From contig OY761611.1 of assembly GCA_963664875.1 (NCBI GenBank), positions 448,001-512,000 of the forward strand: a stretch of DNA of 64,000 nucleotides. The letters run 5' to 3'. Both the position numbers and the translations under genes were made by a program. The DNA comes from Candidatus Kapaibacterium sp. (GTDB lineage Bacteria > Bacteroidota > Ignavibacteria > Kapaibacteriales > UBA2268). Under the pieces are notes generated by a model that saw only the letters and a list, made by a program, of their open reading frames with translations, had not been told where the DNA came from and did no database searches. Positions 38,523-47,467 of the stretch are shown here, one piece after another; the first letter of the stretch is position 1, and each line of letters opens with the position of its first letter.

Positions 38523-41500
38523 CTATGCTGTGTACTCAGCTTTTGAATTGTTAATAACAAGAGCACAAACAGTAGAAGCCGGTTCCATAGCATAAGTTTC
38601 TGTGAGCGAAACTCCAATATTATGGGCATTCAAAATCTGGAAAACTGTTGATTTTTGAGCATGATTGGGTAGCATTTTAAAACCAAATGCAGGTCTGATA
38701 GAATTATATGCCCTTTGATAGTCTTCACCAACCCATTTGTTTTTTATAATCTTATTATGCAAAATCTCAGCAAATGCTTCTACCATGCTATCAGCCAGAA
38801 TTTTTATCAGTAACGATTTATATGCATCTTTCTTTTCTATTTCTAAAAATAAGCTATCATTTTTTAAATTTATATCTATAGTTGCAATAAAAAGTCCTAA
38901 ATAATCTTTTTTAGCAATAAAATCGCATACACACTTATTTTGTTTGAGGAAATCAACTTGTTCGATATCAAATCTATATCTGACATTAGATTGAGAAATA
39001 ATATCAAAATAGCTTTCTCCTGATTCTGCTTCAAATATGCCATATATAGCATTAGCTTCAAGCAATTTTGATTCTCGAACTCTATTTATCAATTTTAGTG
39101 CATCTTGCTTCAAACTCTCTTTAGCAATTTTAGCAAATTCACTATTTGATTTTATCTGCCATTTGTTATAAAATTGCTTCCAATTAAGTTTGTCCAATAT
39201 ATTTTGCAAATCATAATCTACTAGTTCCCATATACCAATTTCATTTGGTCTAATAAATGATTCTACCACTTTTTGGGGTCTATGCCACAGAGTGTCATTC
39301 GCATTACTTAGCTTTTTAGAATATTCTTCTCGAATAGATTGATATTCAATTGATATATCCTTTAAGTAATTTGGATTAGATTCTATGCTGTTCAAAGAGT
39401 TAATCAGATTCACCGGATTTGATGCATAAAGTACTTTTTCAGGATACAGCGGTTCTAAGTTGAGAGCAGTGTGCAACTTTGACGTTGCTGCCCCACCAAC
39501 AATAAGAGGTATTTTAATATTCTTATTGAAGAGCAATTCTGCAAGTTTTTTCATCTCATGCAAAGAAGGTGATATAATACCGGAAACAGCAATATAATCA
39601 ACTGAGTTTTCTATAGTTTTTTGAAGAATAACTTGATTGTCAACTTTTACACCTAAATCTATTATTTCATAACCATTCGTTTTTAAAACTGCAGATACAA
39701 TATTTTTGCCAATATCATGTACATCTCCCCTAACTGTTGCCAAAAGAATTTTCTTTGATTTAAGTAAGAAATTAGCTTCATCACAAAATTGCTTTAAATA
39801 ATCAAATACTTTACTGAAATTAGTTGTACATTTAAGAACATCAGGTAAATATATCTCCCCTGAATTATAAGCTTCACCGACTTCAGACAAAGCAGGCAAT
39901 AGTATAGTTTCGATTATTTCTACAGGACTTGTTCCTTTTGTAATATTTTTATCAATTATATCTTTAATGAATGATATATCTCCTTCAATCAAAGCAAGAT
40001 ATACAGACATTTCTTTCGATAAAGTATCCGATTGTTTGATAACGCCGGAAGTAGAAAAGATTTGGAATTTATCTGCTAAATCGAATAATACTTCCGGATT
40101 TGTCTTTCCTGTAAGGACTTTTTTGATATCAGAAACTAAATTATCATCTAAAGATTTCACTTGTAATATTTCATTGGGAGAACATATTGCAAAATCTAAC
40201 CCTTCCGTTTCGGCAAGTTCAAGGAATATGGTATTTAGTATCTTTCTAAAATGCGTTCTGCCTTTGAAAGTAAAAGACAAATTGCTGATGCCAACTACAG
40301 TCCTGCATTCAGGATATTGTGTTTTTATAAACCTGATAGTTTGCAAAACATCTGCTGTGTTAGTTATATGTTCTGAGATTCCTGAAGCTATAGGTAATAT
40401 CAAAGGATCAAACAAAATCTTTTGTGGTGATATTCCCAAATCTTCTACTATTATTTTATAAACTCTTTGAAAAATATCAGTTTTACGTTTATATGTCGTG
40501 GCTATTCCATTTTCATCTGATGCAAGTACTACAAAATTAGCTCCGAATCTGTTTATATAGAGTGCTTTCTCCTTGAAAGCAGCTTCCCCTTGTTCGAGTG
40601 AAATTGAGTTTATATAAACTTCGGATGTTATTTTTGTCAGGCCTAATTCGACTAATTCAAAATTAGAAGAATCAATAAACAAAGAGTTGAAAGCAAGCGT
40701 TCTGTCGTGATTATAGAAATCTATAAACTTTCTGAAAGCAGCTAAGGAATCAATATTACCATCATCAAAATTCAAATCTAAAATATTACAACTTTCAGAT
40801 AATTGAGCTTTTGCAAAATCTATAGCTTTTTCATAATTTTCTTCATAAATATATGTTCTAAACAAATTAGAACCGGCAACATTTGTTTTTTCACTTACTA
40901 GTACTGCCTTCCAATTAGTTGGAGTTATTACTTCTGAAGCTTGTTTTGGTTTTACAGACTTTCTATTAAATCTCAGACTCAATTCTTTTATGTGCTCAGG
41001 TGTTGTACCGCAACATCCACCGATTATATTCAATTTTGAATGACTTGCGAATTCTTCAATTTTATCAGCAAAATATTCCGGAGTATCTTTGTAACTTCCG
41101 TCTTCATCAGGTAAGCCTGCATTTACGTATAAAGAAAAAAATAAGTCAGTATTCGTTTTGATTTGCTCTAATACATTTACTATCTGAGCAATTCCAAACG
41201 AGCAATTAATCCCAATCCCTACTACATTGTCAAAATTTTGAATTGTGTTGCAGAAGCTTTGAAAAGACTGACCTATTAGCAATTTAGCATTAGAATCTAA
41301 AGTAACTGAAACGATGATTGGTCTTATGACATTTCTGCTCTCCATGACTTCTGTAATAGCCACCAAAATAGCTTTGCAACTCAAAGTATCATATACTGTT
41401 TCTACCAGAAATAAATCTACACCACCATCTAATAAACCTTCTATTTGACTTGTATAAGCACTGACAAACTCTTCAAAGCTGATTTCTGAATTCAAGAACA

Positions 41501-41927
41501 AGGAATAATTTGACGGGCCTATCGAACCGGCAATATAGATGTCTTTGTGAGCACCATATTCTTTCAAATACTTTTTTTTAGCAGATTTTGCGATTTGTGT
41601 TGCTTCGTAATTCAAATCGTAACACAAATCATCGATAACATATTCTCTCTGAGAGAGTTTGTTTGAATTAAAGGAATTGGTAGTAATAATATGTGCACCT
41701 GATTCGAGGTATTGCAAGTGAATATTTTCGATAACATGAGGCATAGTTAGATTTAAAATATCATTATTGCCTGACAGTGCGATATTATGTTCTTTAAATC
41801 TTTCGCCACGAAAGGAGTCTTCAGAGAAAGAATATTTCTGAATCATTGTTCCCATAGCTCCGTCAAGAATCAGTATTCTTTCTGAGAGAGCTTTGTAGAA
41901 TGAGTTATTTATAAATTTCGAACTCAT
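38523..41927 (-). CDS. metH: Cobalamin-dependent methionine synthase, divergent
   Basis: LDGAMGTMIQ, GINC, GGCCGTTPEHI, pterin domain, DVHDIGKNIV, activation-like C-terminus. Confidence 0.85.
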   Translation of the reverse strand: MSSKFINNSFYKALSERILILDGAMGTMIQKYSFSEDSFRGERFKEHNIALSGNNDILNLTMPHVIENIHLQYLESGAHIITTNSFNSNKLSQREYVIDDLCYDLNYEATQIAKSAKKKYLKEYGAHKDIYIAGSIGPSNYSLFLNSEISFEEFVSAYTSQIEGLLDGGVDLFLVETVYDTLSCKAILVAITEVMESRNVIRPIIVSVTLDSNAKLLIGQSFQSFCNTIQNFDNVVGIGINCSFGIAQIVNVLEQIKTNTDLFFSLYVNAGLPDEDGSYKDTPEYFADKIEEFASHSKLNIIGGCCGTTPEHIKELSLRFNRKSVKPKQASEVITPTNWKAVLVSEKTNVAGSNLFRTYIYEENYEKAIDFAKAQLSESCNILDLNFDDGNIDSLAAFRKFIDFYNHDRTLAFNSLFIDSSNFELVELGLTKITSEVYINSISLEQGEAAFKEKALYINRFGANFVVLASDENGIATTYKRKTDIFQRVYKIIVEDLGISPQKILFDPLILPIASGISEHITNTADVLQTIRFIKTQYPECRTVVGISNLSFTFKGRTHFRKILNTIFLELAETEGLDFAICSPNEILQVKSLDDNLVSDIKKVLTGKTNPEVLFDLADKFQIFSTSGVIKQSDTLSKEMSVYLALIEGDISFIKDIIDKNITKGTSPVEIIETILLPALSEVGEAYNSGEIYLPDVLKCTTNFSKVFDYLKQFCDEANFLLKSKKILLATVRGDVHDIGKNIVSAVLKTNGYEIIDLGVKVDNQVILQKTIENSVDYIAVSGIISPSLHEMKKLAELLFNKNIKIPLIVGGAATSKLHTALNLEPLYPEKVLYASNPVNLINSLNSIESNPNYLKDISIEYQSIREEYSKKLSNANDTLWHRPQKVVESFIRPNEIGIWELVDYDLQNILDKLNWKQFYNKWQIKSNSEFAKIAKESLKQDALKLINRVRESKLLEANAIYGIFEAESGESYFDIISQSNVRYRFDIEQVDFLKQNKCVCDFIAKKDYLGLFIATIDINLKNDSLFLEIEKKDAYKSLLIKILADSMVEAFAEILHNKIIKNKWVGEDYQRAYNSIRPAFGFKMLPNHAQKSTVFQILNAHNIGVSLTETYAMEPASTVCALVINNSKAEYTA

Positions 41928-41981
41928 CTATAATCTTATTACTTTAAACAAAATAGTAGCAATAGTGGCAATATAAACAAA

Positions 41982-42011
41982 AAATGGAGATATAAAAATA
42001 TACCTCCATTT
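41982..42011 (-). terminator. Intrinsic terminator after YitT gene
   Basis: aaatggag...ctccattt stem with A-tract on left (T-tract on minus). Confidence 0.6.
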
Positions 42012-42034
42012 GTATCAATATTTTGTTTGCTTGA

Positions 42035-42964
42035 TTAGAATCGGCGTCTGAAGCCTCTACCAACCACTTCATGAACATTGTTTATAATCATAAATGCATC
42101 AGGATCTATCTCTTTGATTGTATCTGTGAGCTGAGGCACTTCTTTATTGGTAACAACAGTCATTATCACTTCTCTTTCGATATTTCTATAAATACCACGA
42201 GTTTTGATAGCAGTTGCACCACGAGACATTTTGTTCATAATTGCATTAGATATTTCTTCGTACTTATCAGAAATGATATATGCAGCTTTAGCATAGTCAA
42301 TACCATCAATAACCATGTCGATTAGTTTAGATGACAAATATAACAAGAACATAGCATAAAAAGCTAATGCCAAAACCGGAGTAGGTGTACTTTCATTGAA
42401 GTATATCGCAATCGATGCAAATGTAATCACAAAGAAATCAATCATAATAATACCCGTACCCGGCTTAGTACCGAAGTATTTGTTAAGAATTGACGCTACG
42501 ATATCAGAACCTGCAGTTGTTCCTTTAAATTTGAAGATAATTCCGAGACCTAAGCCAAGAAATACCGCACCAAGGAAGATGTGGAAAAAGAAATCGTGCT
42601 CAAGAATGTAAGTAATTGATTCCATTTTATGTAAATGCAAACCAAAGCCACCGTAACCGTCTCTAAATAAATCAGTAAAGATGGAATTGGTAGTGAATGC
42701 GTAAAATGTTCGCACACCAAATGTCTTACCGAGTTCTTTTATACCCCAAAAGAAAAGAGGGATATTAAAAATCCACATCAACAGACCGACCGGCAATGCA
42801 CCATCTGTCATGTAATAAACTGCCTGAGAAAGCCCGGTAACACCGCCAGGTACTACATAAGCATCTACTAAAAAGACGGCAATACCAAATGCCATAATTG
42901 CAGATCCGAGAGTGATAAAGATATAATCCACTATCGGGTGTTTCTCTGAAAGTTCCTGCACCAT
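42035..42964 (-). CDS. YitT family membrane protein (DUF161/DUF2179)
   Basis: PGGVTG, NIPLF, GTTAGSDI, RGAT, IDPDAF, EVVGRGF. Confidence 0.92.
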   Translation of the reverse strand: MVQELSEKHPIVDYIFITLGSAIMAFGIAVFLVDAYVVPGGVTGLSQAVYYMTDGALPVGLLMWIFNIPLFFWGIKELGKTFGVRTFYAFTTNSIFTDLFRDGYGGFGLHLHKMESITYILEHDFFFHIFLGAVFLGLGLGIIFKFKGTTAGSDIVASILNKYFGTKPGTGIIMIDFFVITFASIAIYFNESTPTPVLALAFYAMFLLYLSSKLIDMVIDGIDYAKAAYIISDKYEEISNAIMNKMSRGATAIKTRGIYRNIEREVIMTVVTNKEVPQLTDTIKEIDPDAFMIINNVHEVVGRGFRRRF

Positions 42965-42985
42965 TGTTTTGTTGACCTTTTAAAA

Positions 42986-43864
42986 TTATAGAATAATGCT
43001 AAATGACGATATTAATCCATGCAATATCAACAAGAGTCCTGTTTTAGAAAGCAACATATTGAATTCTTTTGCTTCTGCTTTCATTACACCTTTACATAGA
43101 CTTACAGTCAAAGGTAATGTAATCAAAGGCAACAGTAAATAAATATTGCTTGTTGTGATTGCAAAGTACAAATGAATTAAATACAAGGTAATAAAAATCA
43201 AAACATACAATCGCTTTGCATTGGTTTTCCCAAGTCTTGCAGCAGTAGTCATTTTATTAACTTTCAAATCCGTATCTATATCTCTGATGTTGTTTACACC
43301 AAGTATGTTCATAGAAATAAGACCTGGCACTAAACCCCAAACTGCAGATTCTAAAGTCCAATTTAAAGTTAAAACTGCATAAGTGCCTGCCACTGCAACT
43401 ATACCGAAATAAATTAGAACAAATAACTCACCAAGCCCTTTATAAGCTAAGGGATATGGACCACCAGTGTAAGCCCATGCAAAAAAAAGAGAACTCAAAC
43501 CAACAATCAAAATCTCATATCCGGCTCGATAAACGAGCAACATCCCTATAGAAAAAGTAATTACTAATAATATTGCCGAAACAACTGTCATTACTTTAAT
43601 ATCGATTTTCCCAGATGCTACTGCTCTTTCCGGACCTATTCTTTCTTCAGTATCAGCACCCTTTTTATAATCGTAAATTTCATTTATGAAATTAGTAATT
43701 ATTTGAATTAAAAGAGCACAAACAGCTATTAAAATGAAATATTTCGTATCAAATAAATTGTCTCTTAATGCTAAAGCAGATCCAATTAACACCGGAACCA
43801 ATCCGGCAGGAAGAGTTTTCGGTCGTGTCGCTAAAAGCCAAGTACTGATATTTCCAATTTTCAC
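42986..43864 (-). CDS. menA: 1,4-dihydroxy-2-naphthoate prenyltransferase
   Basis: RPKTL, DYKKGAD, YTGGPYPLAYKGLGE, NNIRDIDTD. Confidence 0.94.
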   Translation of the reverse strand: MKIGNISTWLLATRPKTLPAGLVPVLIGSALALRDNLFDTKYFILIAVCALLIQIITNFINEIYDYKKGADTEERIGPERAVASGKIDIKVMTVVSAILLVITFSIGMLLVYRAGYEILIVGLSSLFFAWAYTGGPYPLAYKGLGELFVLIYFGIVAVAGTYAVLTLNWTLESAVWGLVPGLISMNILGVNNIRDIDTDLKVNKMTTAARLGKTNAKRLYVLIFITLYLIHLYFAITTSNIYLLLPLITLPLTVSLCKGVMKAEAKEFNMLLSKTGLLLILHGLISSFSIIL

Positions 43865-44551
43865 TTATTTTACTACTCCGACATAAACATAAGCTATACC
43901 GAAGGTCAAACTTTTTTTCTGCACTTCAGAAAACTTTCCGGTGTTTTCCATAAGTTTAACAAAAGCATTCCCAGAGGGAAATTTAGCTGCTGTTTCGGGT
44001 AAATAAGTATAAGCAAAATCACTTCCTGCTATCATTTTACCTATAAGCGGAATAACATTTTTGCTATACCACTTATATATTGCTCCGAAAAAGCCACTCG
44101 GTTGTCCAAATTCAAGAACGACTACTCTACCATCTTTTTTTACAACTCTTGCCATCTCTGAAATACCCTGTGAAGGGTTATCTACATTTCTAATTCCAAA
44201 TGAGATACTTGCTATATCAAAAGTGTTTTCTTCATATCGAAGAGACATAACATCTGCAAGTTCAAACTTAATATTTAGGTTCTGTTTGTCAGCTTTCGCA
44301 GGCGCATATTTTAACATATCATCGCAAAAATCTGTTCCAATGACATTTCCGCTTTTTACTTTCTTTTTAAAAGCTATCGCTAAATCGCCGGTACCGGTAG
44401 CACAATCCAAGACGCTATCCCCTATCTTCGCTTTTGACATCGAGACAGTAGTCTTTCGCCACAAATGATGGATGCCAAAAGATAAAATAGTGTTTAGCAA
44501 ATCGTATTTGCCCGATATGTCAGAGAACATTTGTTTTACTTGTTCGCTCAT
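43865..44551 (-). CDS. menG: Demethylmenaquinone methyltransferase
   Basis: YDLLN..LSFG.H..WR, LDCATGTGDLA, FGIRNV, AYTYLPE; adjacent to menA. Confidence 0.93.
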   Translation of the reverse strand: MSEQVKQMFSDISGKYDLLNTILSFGIHHLWRKTTVSMSKAKIGDSVLDCATGTGDLAIAFKKKVKSGNVIGTDFCDDMLKYAPAKADKQNLNIKFELADVMSLRYEENTFDIASISFGIRNVDNPSQGISEMARVVKKDGRVVVLEFGQPSGFFGAIYKWYSKNVIPLIGKMIAGSDFAYTYLPETAAKFPSGNAFVKLMENTGKFSEVQKKSLTFGIAYVYVGVVK

Positions 44552-44820
44552 GTTCTTTTTCCCATGATTTCAAATATAGTGAATATACAGAGAAATATTT
44601 CTCTATATTTTTTTGATTTAGATTTTCATAGTTTTTAATATTAGCATTATATGATATATATATTACATTGTCATGTACATGCAAATGATTCTATCATACT
44701 AAGCAATGACTATACGGCTCTTAAGTTTTAACTGTTCATTATATTTAAACTAATTACATTACCATCATTTCTACTTGTAAAATGAAGGTGAATATCTTTT
44801 ATGAATGGTCTTATTCATGC

Positions 44821-46677
44821 TTAATTGCTTTTGTCTTGATTTATCTCTTTGAAATGTTGATAAACGTTTTGAGCAATTTTTTTGTTAAAGGTCTGCTCTA
44901 ATTCTTCAATAGTCAATTGCTTAATTTTTTCCACAGATCCGAATACTTTCAACAATTTTTTTGCTGTAACTTCACCGATTCCATCTATTTCTGTAAGTTC
45001 CGTTTTTAAAGTTCTTTTAGAACGCAACAGTCTATGGAAAGTAATTGCAAACCTATGAGCTTCATCTCTCAATTGTTGGATCAGCTTTAGACTGCTTGAA
45101 GTTCTTGGTAATATCACAGATTCGGATTGATTTGGGAAAAATACTTCTTCTAACCTTTTTGCAAGTCCTATGATAGTAATTTTCTTTTCTAAGCCTAGTT
45201 CAGTCAATATTTCGTATGCCGAAGACAATTGACCTTTACCACCATCAATAATAATTAAATCCGGCAAAGGCGTATGGGTTTCGCTATTTAGCTCTGCTAA
45301 CAATCTGGTATATCGTCTCCTAACTACTTCTTCCATAGCTGCAAAGTCGTTATTGGACAAAACTGTTTTATTTTTGTATTTTCTGTATTCAGATTTTTTG
45401 GGCTTGCCATCTTCAAATAATACCATGGAAGAGACTAATTCGCTTCCTTGTATGTGAGAGTTGTCAAAACATTCAATTCTACGTGGAGGCTTGTTCATGT
45501 TCAAATCTCTTTGTAAAGACAAAACAGAACGAGGTATTACCTGCTCCCGTTTTTCTATTGCAGTTTGATATTCTTTTAAAATAAAAGAAGCATTTGTGAT
45601 TGCCATATCAACTATTGCTTTTTTCTCTCCGAGTTTAGGAATATAAATGTGTATTGAAGATTTTTTGAGTTCTTTCAACCAGTCAGTAATATATTCAATA
45701 TCTTCCGGTTCTTCGGGTAAAAATATTTCTCTGGGAATGAAATCCGTCTCTAAATACCATTTTTCTAAAGTTCTTTGGATTATTCTGGAATCAGCAATTT
45801 CTTGAGCATCTTTTATGATGTAATGTCGTTTTCCGATGAGCTTTCCATCTCGAATTTTCAGCATTAAACTACATACTAAATCACCATCTCGTGATATTCC
45901 GAGAATATCTCTATCCACAAAATCAGAGCTTATAATTTTTTGTTTTGAGGTAAATTTTTCCAACATCAAAAGTTGATTTCTAATTACAGCGGCTTCTTCA
46001 AATTTCAAATTCTCGGACAAATCAATCATTCTGTCTTTTAGCTCTTTCTCTAAATCTTTTGTTTTGCCCTGCAATATTTTGGTTGCCTGCCGGATTCCGT
46101 TATTATATTCTAGATGAGAAATATGCGATTCACAAGGACCGGAACATTTTTTTATATGATAGTCTAAACAAATGCGAAATTTTTTTTGAGCTATAGATTC
46201 TTTACTTAGTGCAAGATTGCAAGTTCTTACCATGAATACGTTTCTAATAGTTTTAAGTAAAAGCTTTGCATTCAACACATCTGTATATGGCCCGAAATAT
46301 GTCGAACCATCTTTAATGACATTCCTCGTTAAAAATATCTTTGGGAATTCTTCTTTCGTAACTCTGATAAAGGGGTAAGTCTTATCGTCTTTAAGAAGTA
46401 TATTGTATTTAGGCTTATGTTGTTTAATCAAAGTATCTTCGAGTAACAAAGCTTCAGCCTCAGAATCGACTAAAATAAACTCTACGTCAGCAATATGCGA
46501 AATCATAGCTTTGGTTTTAGCGTCAGCAGGTCTCCCTTCTTGGAAATACGATTTTACTCGATTCCTTAGATTTTTTGCTTTCCCGATATATATTATATTA
46601 CCTAAGCTATTGAAATACTGATAAATACCAGGCTTAGTAGGAATATCTTTGAGCTTATTGATCAAATTTTCTGTCAT
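44821..46677 (-). CDS. uvrC: Excinuclease ABC subunit C (likely start MTENL)
   Basis: PGIY..IYIGKAKNLRNRV, DDKTYP, IECFDNSH, DGGKGQL, RDEAHRFA, HhH. Confidence 0.97.
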   Translation of the reverse strand: MTENLINKLKDIPTKPGIYQYFNSLGNIIYIGKAKNLRNRVKSYFQEGRPADAKTKAMISHIADVEFILVDSEAEALLLEDTLIKQHKPKYNILLKDDKTYPFIRVTKEEFPKIFLTRNVIKDGSTYFGPYTDVLNAKLLLKTIRNVFMVRTCNLALSKESIAQKKFRICLDYHIKKCSGPCESHISHLEYNNGIRQATKILQGKTKDLEKELKDRMIDLSENLKFEEAAVIRNQLLMLEKFTSKQKIISSDFVDRDILGISRDGDLVCSLMLKIRDGKLIGKRHYIIKDAQEIADSRIIQRTLEKWYLETDFIPREIFLPEEPEDIEYITDWLKELKKSSIHIYIPKLGEKKAIVDMAITNASFILKEYQTAIEKREQVIPRSVLSLQRDLNMNKPPRRIECFDNSHIQGSELVSSMVLFEDGKPKKSEYRKYKNKTVLSNNDFAAMEEVVRRRYTRLLAELNSETHTPLPDLIIIDGGKGQLSSAYEILTELGLEKKITIIGLAKRLEEVFFPNQSESVILPRTSSSLKLIQQLRDEAHRFAITFHRLLRSKRTLKTELTEIDGIGEVTAKKLLKVFGSVEKIKQLTIEELEQTFNKKIAQNVYQHFKEINQDKSN

Positions 46678-46740
46678 ATATATGGCAATTAGCAATAAGA
46701 GAAAGTAAAAATATTTAGCTTCAAAAATACAAATAAATTG

Positions 46741-47457
46741 CTACAAATCACCATGTTGTGGTTTGATAATTATATCTTCTATCATAACATTAGGTACATA
46801 AGACAAATTGATATTACTTAGTATTATTTCAGATAGATCTCTAGGTTTTATCATCTGTTCTGAGTACTTATCTAATGATATTTTATCCCAAATCTCTGTA
46901 GCTGTCGCACCTACAAGTACATCTAATATCTTTACATTGTCTTTTCGCACTTCTTCTCTAATCGAGCGAGACATAGCACGAATAGCAGCTTTCGTGGCTG
47001 TATAAATGTTAGAATTGGCAAAATTTCGTTCGATGGCACCGGAAAGAATATTTACGATTATTCCTTTTTTTTCTCGAACCATTTTACTCAAGAAGAAATT
47101 AGTCAGAATTGCAGTATTGGTTAGATTTACATTTACAGTTTTAGATATCTCCATTGGAGAGAGTTCGTTAAATGGCTTAAAATATGCAATTCCTGCATTA
47201 TTTATTAAGATGTCAATAAATATATTTTTGCTAGTAAAATATTGAAATAACGATTCAATTGATTCTGCCGAAGTCAAATCTAATTCTAAAGGTACAAATG
47301 CGTCATGAGTGTACAAATTGGTGGCTCTAAGTTTATCGATTTTTCTGGAAGTACCGTAAACTATAGCACCTTGATTCAATGCATTGTATGAAAGAGAATA
47401 ACCGATGCCTTGAGAGGCACCGGTTATTAGTATTTGTTTTTTATTGATATTATTCAT
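46741..47457 (-). CDS. SDR oxidoreductase, sepiapterin-reductase-like (likely start MNNIN)
   Basis: TGASQGIG, NNAG, YTATK, C-terminal EDIIIKPQHGDL. Confidence 0.85.
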   Translation of the reverse strand: MNNINKKQILITGASQGIGYSLSYNALNQGAIVYGTSRKIDKLRATNLYTHDAFVPLELDLTSAESIESLFQYFTSKNIFIDILINNAGIAYFKPFNELSPMEISKTVNVNLTNTAILTNFFLSKMVREKKGIIVNILSGAIERNFANSNIYTATKAAIRAMSRSIREEVRKDNVKILDVLVGATATEIWDKISLDKYSEQMIKPRDLSEIILSNINLSYVPNVMIEDIIIKPQHGDL

Positions 47458-47467
47458 TTTTTCCAAA

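Noticed and set aside
39967-40461. 164-aa antisense ORF in metH (likewise 16597-17034, 44061-44468, 49206-49637 and other short overlapping ORFs)
   Set aside because: All lie inside well-supported genes, almost all on the opposite strand; typical shadow frames
41928-42034. SAM or B12 riboswitch upstream of metH
   Set aside because: Region is short, AT-rich and occupied by the yitT terminator
44552-44820. 270-bp AT-rich intergenic region between uvrC and menG
   Set aside because: Only weak AT hairpins and very short ORFs; nothing supportable as an RNA gene
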